The notes under the pieces were generated by a model that ran no database searches, was not told the DNA's origin, and was given only the letters and a program-made list of their open reading frames with translations. The translations under genes and the position numbers were made by a program. A stretch of 20,000 nt of DNA from Malacoraja senta (lineage: Eukaryota), in NCBI GenBank assembly GCA_038087875.1, contig JAXLNO010000686.1, positions 61,877 through 81,876 on the forward strand. The letters run 5' to 3'. Of the stretch, positions 10,067 through 20,000 are shown piece after piece; the first letter of the stretch is position 1; each line of letters begins with the position of its first letter.

Positions 10067-10278
10067 AAGGCCTGTCCCACTTGGTTGACATTTTCGGCGA
10101 CAGCCTGAAAAGAGGTTGTCGCATCGGTGGTCGGGTCGTGATGCGTGGTGACGCGTGGTGACTCCCTGTCACCTCTGGATTCTGGAATGTTCAAAATCCA
10201 GGGGCGACATCTGGCTGTCTCATCATGTCGTGCGCCCTGTCACACGCTGACATACGCTGTCCTGCGGGTGACGACCGG
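10066..10278. mobile_element. Truncated palindromic MITE (PIF/Harbinger-like terminus)
   Basis: Begins AAAGGCCTGTCCCACTT exactly where FAM110 homology stops. Central hairpin TGTCACCTCTGGATT (10167-10181) / AATCCAGGGGCGACA (10195-10209). No matching right end (AAGTGGGACAGGCC) found downstream. Superfamily assigned by resemblance only. Confidence 0.6.
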
Positions 10279-10302
10279 TTAGGGTTAGAGTTAGGGTTAG
10301 GG
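10279..10302 (+). repeat. Short interstitial telomeric repeat
   Basis: TTAGGG TTAGAG TTAGGG TTAGGG, preceded by GG in register. Confidence 0.9.
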
Positions 10303-10500
10303 ACCACAGATGGGCTGTAAAATATTCTTCCTTCAATGCATGGATTTTAAATATTAATATATTAAAATTAATACAATAAAATCAATTGTGCAAATGAAAA
10401 GATGTCTGTCCAGTTTTATTTACAGATGTATTGATCTGCTTCCAGATCCAATCACCATTTCTAACTTTTCACAGGGATGGATTCAGTGAGTGTAGACTGA

Positions 10501-10631
10501 ACTCTCCTCTCCCCTCCACCCCCACTTCCCTCCTCCCGCCCTAATCCCTCCTTCTCCACCCCCCCCCTACCCTTCTCCTCCCCCCTTCTTCCCTTCACCC
10601 TGCTCCACTCTTCTCCCCCTTCTCCACTCCC
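10501..10631. repeat. C/T-rich low-complexity tract
   Basis: Nearly pure pyrimidine with many C runs; G-quadruplex potential on the minus strand. Confidence 0.85.
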
Positions 10632-11800
10632 CAGGGCTCTCACAACTTTTTTCCCCTGTTGCCAGCGTTTTAGGTTGTCAAATGACAGTTTAGGTGGTCA
10701 TTTAAGACAGCTTGCATGACGCGTGCATTAATGTGCTCGGACGAAGTGCGTAGTTACCAGTCGGAATTATGCTCAATGAAGTATTCACATATTATTTCTG
10801 CTTCAAATAGTCACAAACTAAACATATTCATCAATCAAGACTTGATATATCCCACAATGACATGCAGCAAAATTATAATACAGTGTCTCAACTCTTTTTA
10901 CACGTTGCAATGAATGCAATTTCTATTATTTCTTTCCACTTCCAAACAAAAATGTGGTTGGATTATTCAGCGTATGATCAACCTGTGTCAATAAATCCTG
11001 GGCTATGGTTACATATATGCTTAACCATGCACACTACAGATTGATGCAAGTGTGTTTTCTGTGAAGGACCGAAAATTATCATGACATGGCCATAGCATGG
11101 GTCGTTATTACTATTGGTACATAAACACTCTTGCTTCCCACATAATTTGTCCACAACAAAATATACAGGTTGCAAGGACATTTTTATGATAATAGCTGTT
11201 AAAACCGACTATACCCATCTGACAGGTTAAACATTACACTAACTGACAAGAGATGGCCAAAGGACATCAAATGCAGCAAATGTTCTTTTGGCAATATGTT
11301 TAAAGGTGTTAAAACGCCACATTACCGGACATTCAGATTAGATGAATGTGTTGTGAACAGCAATGAAGATATCCAGTTTGTACGCACCAGATTAAAAAAA
11401 AATTATTGATAAATGCTGTTTCCATCATTCCCACTTCAGAATTAACGTTAAAATTACAATTGAAATATCTCCTGACCAAATTCGTGATGTATATGACCGA
11501 CTGTAGAAGTAAAACCTGGATAAATTCAACGTATAGTTGTGAATGTTGCTCAATAAATAACTACAGTACTGATACTCCATATTAAGAGCATTGATTTGCC
11601 GTTAAAATGAATTCTGTAATAACGTGTCAACGGTAGCAGTGACAATCGAACATTGCAGTTTTAATGTTTCACTTGTTCTCAATTTAATTAATCCATCTTT
11701 ATGGATTAAAACAAATAATAACATTGAGAATTAAAACACATTTGACTGCATTCCATTATCAAACATTGTCAATGTTCGCTCTAAAGACATTTCCAGCGCA
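10632..11800. mobile_element. Probable non-autonomous DNA transposon (hAT-like CAGGGCTC terminus); right end not found
   Basis: Abrupt start CAGGGCTCTC...TTTTTTCCCCTGTTGCCAG...TTTTAGGTTGTCAAA resembles CAGGG-type hAT ends, followed by AT-rich non-coding body. No closing GAGCCCTG seen. Confidence 0.45.
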
Positions 11801-11989
11801 GTAGGGTCGGGGGGGGGGGGGGGTGAATCAGTGTGGGATGGATAGATGAGGGGGGGGGGTGTTGAGAAGGCAATCGATGCGGAATGGATGGATTGAGGCA
11901 GGGGAATTAGTGCGTGTTGGTTGGAGTAGGTAAAATTGTGAGGGGAGAGCACGGGGGATGTCAGTGGGGGAGTACGGGATAGATCGGGG

Positions 11990-12207
11990 GAACCTGTACA
12001 GGATGGATGGGGGTGGATCAGTGCAGGATGAATGGAGGGTTCAGTACATGATGAATGGGCGGATCAGTACAGGATGAATGGGGGTGGGTCAGTACAGTGT
12101 GGATCGCGGGGTCTGTGCTGGATGAATGGGGGGGATCAGTACAGGATGAATGGGGGTTGCAGTGCAGGATGGAAGGGAAGGGGGTCAGTACAGGATGAAT
12201 TGGGGGA
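11990..12207 (+). repeat. G-rich minisatellite, 23-26-bp unit, about 9 copies
   Basis: Consensus GGATCAGTACAGGATGAATGGGG, preceded by G-rich degenerate sequence from about 11800. Confidence 0.85.
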
Positions 12208-12321
12208 CCACACACGCTAGGGACAATTTATACTTATACCAAGCCGATCAACCTCGAGTTAGGGTTATGGTTTCCTCGCTCGCTACAAAGGCGCACAGGT
12301 TTGTATAAATTGTCCCTAGCG
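12208..12321. mobile_element. Two SINE fragments in inverted orientation (fish/shark tRNA-derived SINE body); the plus-strand piece continues at 17281-17325
   Basis: 12215-12233 is the exact reverse complement of 12303-12321. CAAAGGCGCACAGGTTTGT...AAATTGTCCCTAGCGTGTGTGGGATAGTGT...GGGGATCGCTGGTC resembles the body of elasmobranch SINEs (from memory). Confidence 0.65.
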
Positions 12322-15300
12322 ACCAGAAACACTAGCGGAATCAACCATCACACTCATACCCAAAAAAGATAAAGATCTAGAAGACCCCGGTTCATACAGA
12401 GCAATTGCACTATTAAATACAGATCAGAAAATATTAGCGAAAACTCTGGGAAGAAGATTAAGTAAATACGTTAGTAAATGAATACATGCTGATCAAACGG
12501 GGTTTATACCCAAGAGACATTCATTTAATAATCTGAGACGTCTTTTTTATATAATGTGTTCACACAAAATTGAAGAAGAAGACTTATCAATTATTTCATT
12601 AGATGCAGAAAAAGCATTCGACCAAGTAGAATGGGAATACCCCTTCACAATACTGCAAAAATTTCAGATGGGGGAGAACTTTATTTCATGGATAAAATTA
12701 CTATATGACAGGCCGACTGTTAGAATATTGACCAACCACATACTTTCTCCGAAATTTCACTTATCCAGGGGCAATAGACAGGGTTGTGCATTATCACCCC
12801 TGCTATTTGCCCTTGCGATAGAGCCGTTAGCGGAAAGTATAAGAATGCATCCGAATATTCACGGTTATATTACTAAACATTCTAATAATAAAATATCATT
12901 ATATGCAGATGACGTATTACATCATTACAAAATCTCAAGTTAGTATACCAAATATATTAAGTCTAATAGAGGAATTCGGTCTTTTCTCAGGATATAGAAT
13001 CAACTGGAATAAAAGTGAAATCATGGCGATAAAACCCATGACACACCCTTTAAAATTTCCTTTTAGAACTGCTACAGAAAAATTTAAATACCTGGGTATC
13101 CAAGTAACCAGAAAATATAATTCTTTATTCAATGCAAACTTCCTGCCTTTAGTTACTAAATTAAACGCTCTGATTCCATTCTGGAAAACACTTCCGATGT
13201 CTCTAATAGGCAGAATAAATGCCATAAAAATGATTTTTCTCCCACAAATTCTCTATTTATTTCAATTTATATCTACCTAAAATTTTTTTTTTTAAACTTG
13301 ATTCCCAGAATACAAATTTTATTTGGGATTATAAATCACATAGAATTCATAAACGACATCTATGGATTGGCGCTCCCCAATTTCTTGTACTATTATTGGG
13401 CAGTGAATATTAAAAATGTAATTCACTGGCTGGATAATTCATGTCAACAGGTAGATTGGTTAGTAATGGAGAGAGAGGATTGCCTGCCTTTTAATATAGG
13501 TGCGATCCTTCTCTCCCCAATAAAGTTGAAGAACACAATATACAAGAAAAACCCGATTATTCATAGTACTTTACAAATTTGGAGACAAGTAAAATTTACT
13601 CTTAAACTAAGAAATCTATCTCTTCTCTCCCCAATAGCTAATAACCCTTCGTTCAAACCATCTATTATAGATAAAACGTTTATTCATTGGGAAAGACTAG
13701 GAATTAAAAAAGTTGGAGATTTGTACGAAATGGGAAACCTTTTATCATTCCAGAAATTACAATTGAAATACAGTCTGAAAGGTAATCAATATTTTAGATA
13801 TCTTCAAATTAGAGATTATTTGAAAACATATACCCACAAATACCAAACTCTGTTGCCAGATATATTAGATGAAGGTATGAATAGAAACGCAGTGTCAAAT
13901 AATTTAATATCATACTTGTACAATATCCTTTTAAATTTAGAAACTCCATAGAATTCCAAATGCAGATCTAGCAATTATTTCGTTAGATGCTGAAAAGGCA
14001 TTTGACCAGGTAGAATGGACATATTTATTTTCGGTAATGAAAAAATTTCAATTGGGAGAGAAGTACTGTACATGGGTTAAATTGTTATACTCTAATCCAA
14101 CAGCTAGAATATTAACAAATCAAATGTTATCAGCCAAATTTAATCTTTCTAGAGGTTGTAGACAAGGATGTTCACTATCCCCACTATTATTTGCTCTTGC
14201 AATTGAACCATTAGCAGAAAACATTAGAAACCATCCAGGAATACATGGATACAACACTAGAGATACAAGGAATAAAATTTCCTTACATGCAGATGATGTA
14301 TTAATATATATTACAAAGTTAGAAACTAGTATTCCAAATCTATTAAATCTAATAACACAATTTGGTCAGTTCTCAGGATATAGGATTAATTGGAATAAAA
14401 GTGAAATCATGCCAATAACAAAATTCAACTTAAATACAATACAACAATCCCCTTTTAAAATAGTTAAAGATAAACTTAAATATTTAGGAATCTATGTAAC
14501 TAGGACATATACCTCTTTATTTAAACAAAATTTTCCATCCTTACTCAATAAATTACACAAACATATTCAGTACTGGAAAACACTTCCTATTTCAATGCTT
14601 GGTAGAATTAATGCTATAAAAATGATTTTCTTACCGCAACTACTATATTTATTTCAATTAATTCCGATATATATTCCAAAAAACTTTTTCAAAAAAGTCG
14701 ACTCCATTGTTACAAGCTTTATTTGGGATTATAAGAATCATAGAATAAGTAAAAAACATTTATGTAAGTCAAAGAGCAACGGAGGTTTGGCCTTGCCAAA
14801 TTTCTTATTTTATTTTTGGGCAGTCCATATTAAAAACATGAATTTCTGGCAGGAAGAAATGGACCAACAACCAGAATGGTTAAGGATGGAAAAGGAAGAC
14901 TGTTTACCTTTTGAAATAGGTTCGATTATATTTGCTCCCACAAAATTGCATTAAAAAAACCTATAAGGAAAACCCTATAATACATAGTGGAATATGAATT
15001 TGGAAACAATTAAAAAAGGCTTTAAAACTGAATAATATACCACTATGTCTTCCCATTGTAAATAATCCTCTATTCAAGCCATCCATATTGGATAGAGGTT
15101 TTATACAATGGAAAAATTATGGAATTAAAAGGATTGGACATCTTTATAGGGAAGGCATCTTTCTGTCATTTCAAGAGTTACAACAGAATTATGGACTACA
15201 CTCAAATAACTTTTTCAGATATTTACAAATTAGAGATTATGTTAAATCCAATACATAAGTTTATAGGACTAGGGAACCAGAAATTCTTGATGAATGTTTG

Positions 15301-17280
15301 AATCAGCATCCTAACACTGAAAAATTAATAGCTTATATTTGTAACATTCTCCTAAATAACGAGGTACCACCGATGGAACTATATAGACATAAATGGGAAA
15401 ATGAGTTAGGTTAACCTATTACGAAAGATATTTGGGACGAAAGTTTACAACATATACATCAATGTTCGTTAAATGCCAGACATGCTTTAATACAATTTAA
15501 AGTCTTACACAGATTACATTACTCCAAAATAAAACTAAATAGAATTTTCCCACATATCTCTCCTATATGTGATAAATGCCTGCATCTAGAGGCCAATTTA
15601 ACACATACCTTTGCAAATTGTATAAAAATTTAAAATTACTGGAATGATATTTTTCAAATAATTTCTGGTTGATAATACCAAATTGGCTCCAGACTCAAAA
15701 TTAATAATACTTGGGATATCAGAACAAAGTTTAACACTCACAACAAGCCAAAGAAACTTCCTTGACTACAGTATAATAACTTGGAAAAAATTAATATTAA
15801 AATTCTGGAAAGGCCCTACAACCCCCACAATTAAAATGTTGATTGTGGAAATGTCGGAGACCCTACATCTAGAAAGAATTAGACTTGTCTTAATGGACAA
15901 GCAAGAACTTTTTGTTAAAATATGGGCTCCATTCATTGCCTATTTGAAGGGATAGAGTGGCCCAGCGCGAAAGCCCGACTGAAGCTTGAACTCAGGATTA
16001 GATGTAATTATATTTCATAACCTACGAACTTATCTCCTATGACGTATTATAAGTAATTCATTCCACCTCTTTTTCTTTTTTGATATTGTAATTCTTCTTT
16101 CTCTCTATTTTTCTTTTTCTATCTATATTAAAAAAAAACACTAGAAGCAGAATTAACTGACAATTGACAAATTTAATAATGTATGAGTGATTGATGTATA
16201 TGAAACGTTTTTTCTTCTCCTATTATAATATGTTACTCTACATTATAATATGTTTGCTTCTAATAAAAATTTATATCACAAAATAATTTAATATCATACT
16301 TGTACAATATCCTTTTAAATTTAGAAACTCCATCGTCAGATGTAATTAGAAGAGCGTGGGAACAGGAATTAAGTTTAAAAATTCCCAAAGACAGATGGGA
16401 AAAATATCTTTTATATGTACATAATTGTTCGATTAATGTAAGACATGTTCTATTCCAATTTAAAATATTACACAGACTATATTACTCAAAAACTAAACTG
16501 AACAAATTTTTTCCAAATGTATCTCCCATCTGCAACAAATGCTTATCTCAAGAAGCAACTATAACACACTCCTTTGCCTCTTGTATAAAACTTCATAAAT
16601 TTTGGAAAGGAATCTTTGAAATCTTCTCAAAATTATTAAAAACAAAACTGGACCCCCACACAGAATTGATTATTTTTGGAATAACAGGAGTGCGCTGAGC
16701 TATCAATATTTCAAAGACGTTTCCTTAATTATGGCCTGATAATGGAAAAAAACCCATATACTTAAATTTTGGAAAAATGCTTCTACCCCAACTCTCAAAA
16801 TGTGGATTACAAGCATGTCTGAGATGCTACATCTTGAAGATATGAGACTCGTCTTAGCAGGAAAATCAGAGCAATTTTTAAAGATATGGTCTCCTTTTAT
16901 TGATTCATTACAAGTATAGTATGGTGCAACACAATTCTGGAATTAAACCGACTCACGGACAGGGTGATGGGTGTGGTGAGAAATGAAGCAGGTATATCAA
17001 CACGTAATGGTCCCTTTTTTTTCTCTTCCTTTTTGTCTTTTCATTCTTTTTTAGGCTTTTACTTATTCACTCCTGGACTGCACTATTTGGTAGTTTAGGG
17101 GTTCACGCATTCACTATTTCTTTCACTTTCTTTTTTGCACTATCTCTCTTGTTCTATTTGTTTTTTGTTAAATTTAAAATGGCAAATGTACAATAAATGT
17201 ATTTTGTCAAATGCCACGGTTTATATTACTGTATACTGCTTCTAATAAAAATATTAATTAAAAAAAAGAAGAAAACAATT
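12322..17280 (+). mobile_element. 5'-truncated L1 (L1-B), degenerate ORF2, split by L1-C; 12-bp TSD
   Basis: Starts at PETLAESTITLIPKK (homologous to L1-A about 4138). RT motifs SLDAEKAFD, RQGCALSPLLF, YADD. Resumes at 16281 through CNKC...HSFASC; stop at 16917-16919; AATAAA 17244-17249 and A-rich tail. TTGTCCCTAGCG duplicated at 12310-12321 and 17281-17292. Several stops and frameshifts. Confidence 0.93.
13950..16280 (+). mobile_element. 5'-truncated L1 (L1-C) nested in L1-B, degenerate ORF2; 53-bp flanking duplication
   Basis: Starts RIPNADLAIISLDAEKAFDQVEW. RQGCSLSPLLF, HADD (Y>H), KYLGI, CDKC. Stop at 15955, own 3'UTR, AATAAA 16262-16267. 13897-13949 is identical to 16281-16333. Confidence 0.93.
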
Positions 17281-17325
17281 TTGTCCCTAGCGTGTGTGGG
17301 ATAGTGTGTGGGGGATCGCTGGTCA
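17281..17325 (+). mobile_element. Remainder of the SINE interrupted by L1-B
   Basis: TSD followed by TGTGTGGGATAGTGTGTGGGGGATCGCTGGTC, continuing the fragment ending at 12321. Confidence 0.65.
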
Positions 17326-18000
17326 CAGGCTTGGGCCCGGCAGGGGGTGGGGAAGCGAGGGCCCGCGGCGTGGGCGTGAAAGGCGAGGGACTGGCGGGGG
17401 GAGGGTGCGATGGCCCGGCAGGAGGGAGGGAGGTGAGAAAGGCGATGGTGGGAAAGGCGAGGGACCAGCGGTGGGGTGTGGCGTGGACCCAGCCGGAGCA
17501 GCGCCTGGGACCAGTCACCGCCGCTGCCAGGACTGGGTTCAGATTCAGTGGTTCCTGCTTCCTGCCCGGCGACGGGAGAATGGTCTCCCCGGACCGACCG
17601 CCTGCAGCGGACGGGACCTGCTCCCTGGCCGTCAGGCTGATGGACAGGGACGCTCCGATGCTGCGGATGGAGCCGATGGACCGGGCGGGCAGACACCGCA
17701 GACACCGCATACACCACAGCCCCCTCAGAGAAATGGGAACTCCTTTATTTTCCCAAATCATCCCACGGGTAGTTTAACACCCCTGATATAAAACAAACAG
17801 ATTCCCCCTCCCCGCAATGCAACGCAATATTTCACGGTCCCACTCACCCAAACTAGGCCCGGAGCATCGAGGCGATACATTGAAAATGGCGGCGATCTGA
17901 TCCCGCCCACTGCGCAAGCGCGGAGAGACGGCGTCATTTTGCGTCGCTTCTGCGTCTTTGATCACCAGCTTCCTCCCACTGCGCAGGCGCAGATGGTCGC
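17326..18000. promoter_or_regulatory. CpG-island-like segment with housekeeping-promoter motifs
   Basis: YY1 AAAATGGCGGC (17883-17893), GC box CCCGCCC (17902-17908), NRF1-like TGCGCAAGCGCG (17911-17922) and TGCGCAGGCGCA (17980-17991), ETS-like CTTCCT (17969-17974). High CpG density. Confidence 0.6.
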
Positions 18001-18116
18001 AAATATTTTTTTCAAATCAGAATTTCACGAATTTCGCGTAAATTCCTTCAAAGTGGAAATACTGATTGTGCTCCATCTTTTTTTTCCTTGGAATTTTTTT
18101 TACTCTGGAAAAAAAT

Positions 18117-18167
18117 GGGGGTGCGGACGCACCCAACGCACCCCCCCCCCCCCTTCGGACCGCCATG
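18117..18167 (-). mobile_element. hAT-like terminal sequence
   Basis: Minus strand reads CATGGCGGTCCGAAG(G)nTGCGTTGGGTGCGTCCGCACCCC: CA start, GGCGG, G run and GGGTGCG..CGCACCC hairpin, as in many hAT ends. The partner end is not in the window. Confidence 0.55.
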
Positions 18168-18547
18168 AAACTTGCTTCTTAGGATGACTTTAATCCAAAT
18201 TTAATTGGTGAAAATGTGATTTTGGCCCCATACGAACCGGCAGTGTTTTTCCTGCCGATATGGGGTTCAAATTCACCGCAACCGCAACATTCCAATCGAT
18301 CGCGGTCCACAAAAACCCACTCGCAAGATGATTTAAATGCCCATTCATTTACGGGAATTAAACATTAAATTCCTTCCATTTGGCCTATAAATTCATGGCA
18401 ATGAGATTTTAAAATCATGTTATATTGTGAATACTTGTGTGAATGTTATTTGGACACTTAGGCCATTTAAAAATGTTTACCTTTTCTTAAGAAATGGATA
18501 GATGTTTAGATCTAGTAATTGAATTTTGTAATTAGCTGCAATTCGGT

Positions 18548-20000
18548 AACTGCAACTGCAACTTTATTTATATAGCACATTTCATACATGAGGCAAAGTG
18601 CTTCACATAAAAACATGTCATACAATAAAATGAAATAATCAAATAAAATAGAAGAATTAAAAGAAAATAAAAGCAAAGTTAAAAATGCATTATAGAAAAG
18701 TGCAAAAGTTAAAAGTGCAATGTAGTTAAGATTTAGCTGAAAGCTAAAGTAAACATAAAAGTTTTCAGTCTTGTTTTAAAAGTGGTGAAAGTAGGGGCAA
18801 GTCTTAAATCTTCAGGAAGTTTATTCCAGCTATTTGTTGCATAGTAACTAAATCCTGCTTTCCCATGTTTTGTATTTACTCTGGGAATCACTAACAGATT
18901 GGTCTCAGAAGATCTTAGCGGTCTAGAAGGCTTATATAGTGGAAGCATGTCAGTGATATACTTTGGCCCTAAACCATGAAGTGATTTATAGGTGAGCAGC
19001 AGGATTTTGAAATCAATTCTCTGACATACAGGGAGCCAATGTAAGGATTTAAGAATTGGTGTAATATGTTCAAATTTTTTGGTCTTTGTTAGAACTCTAG
19101 CAACAGCGTTCTGAACAAGCTGTAGCTGCCTGACAGTTTTTTTCGGAAGACCTGCAAGGAGACCGTTACAATAATCTAGCCTACTAGTAATAAAGGCATG
19201 TACAAGTTTTTCTAAGTCTTGAGCTGACATGAGTCCTCTTAGTCTTGCTACGTTTTTGAGGTGATAGTAGGCCGATTTTGTTACTGATTTGATGTGACTG
19301 TCAAAATGTAAATCTGAATCCATAATAACCCTGAGATTTCTGGCTTTGTTTGAAGTTTTCAGGGACAGAAAGTGAAGGTGTTGGGTTACTTTAAGCCTTT
19401 CTTTTTTAGCACCAAAAACAATTATCTCCGTTTTGTCCATATTTAGTTGGAGGATATTTTGGCACATCCAGTCTTTGACTTGCTCAATGCACTGGCACAG
19501 CAGATCTATGGGGCGATAGTCATTTGGTGATAGCGCTACATAGATTTGAGTGTCATCGGCATAGCAGTGGTGGTCAATATTATTATTTCGCATGATTTGC
19601 CCTAGTGGAAGCATGTAGATGTTGAATAAAGAGGGCCCTAAGATCGAACCTTGCGGGTTGGTTGGTTCTGATACAAAGTCGCCAATGGAAACAAAATAAT
19701 TCCTATCTTGTAGATATGACCTGAACCAACGTAAGACTGTGCCTGAGAGCCCCACCCATTTTTCCAACCTGTCCAAAAGTATTGAGTGATCAACAGTGTT
19801 GAATGCAGCACTGAGGTCTAATAGCATCAATATAGAAACTTTGCCAGAGTCTGTGTTAAGACGGATGTCGTTTACAACTTTAATAAGGGTGGTCTCAGTG
19901 CTATGAAGAGGTCGAAATCCTGACTGGTAGTTGTCGTAGCAGCCAGTTGAAGCCAGGAAGTGATTAAGTTGCTGGAGGACAACTTTCTCAATGATTTTAC
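18548..20000 (-). mobile_element. L2-clade LINE, 3' part (RT domain to tail), continuing beyond the window
   Basis: ORF to stop at 18733 with LLDLSAAFNTVDH, PQGSILGP, YADDTQIY, SRLDYCN, LHWLPV. The 3' end reads TGTGAAGCACTTTG...ATGAAATGTGCTATATAAATAAAGTTGCAGTTGCAGTT, a typical L2 tail. Confidence 0.95.
18733..20000 (-). pseudogene. L2 ORF2 reverse transcriptase (partial; open frame but motif lesions)
   Basis: AAFD>AAFN, and an apparent short in-frame deletion before PQGS (EPTN-PQGS lacks the conserved xxxGV) at about 19656. Confidence 0.8.

Noticed and set aside
17226..17791. Four overlapping 160-167-aa ORFs
   Set aside because: Expected in very GC-rich sequence; no recognisable domain; they run across SINE and L1-tail boundaries.
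18168..18547. Probable fragment of another interspersed repeat, with a nested hairpin at about 18226-18265
   Set aside because: No ends or coding evidence in the window, so it cannot be classified.

Overview
Repeat-dense eukaryotic (vertebrate) DNA; the repeat types suggest a cartilaginous fish (skate/ray), which is an inference. From left to right: the 3' tail of a LINE (1-61); a 191-bp perfect palindrome with a hammerhead-ribozyme-like core and 14-bp target-site duplication, inserted into a CR1 fragment; a full-length but inactivated L1 (456-6940) with intact ORF1, a ~0.9-kb spacer, and an ORF2 carrying one nonsense codon, a 189-bp in-frame duplication and a 3' frameshift; hAT-transposon remnants, including a minus-strand transposase C-terminus (8594-8740) absent from the ORF track; a multiply frameshifted FAM110C-like pseudogene (8802-10066) with a 33-bp minisatellite, cut by a palindromic MITE that ends in TTAGGG repeats; a second DNA-transposon-like segment and G-rich minisatellite; a SINE interrupted by a 5'-truncated L1 (12322-17280), which is itself interrupted by a third L1 (13950-16280) with a 53-bp duplication; a CpG-rich promoter-like segment ending in a hAT-like terminus (18167); and a minus-strand L2 running off the window. 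The most interesting hypothesis is that 6941-18167 is one composite hAT element whose transposase was largely replaced by a captured host gene copy. No intact host gene is supported.
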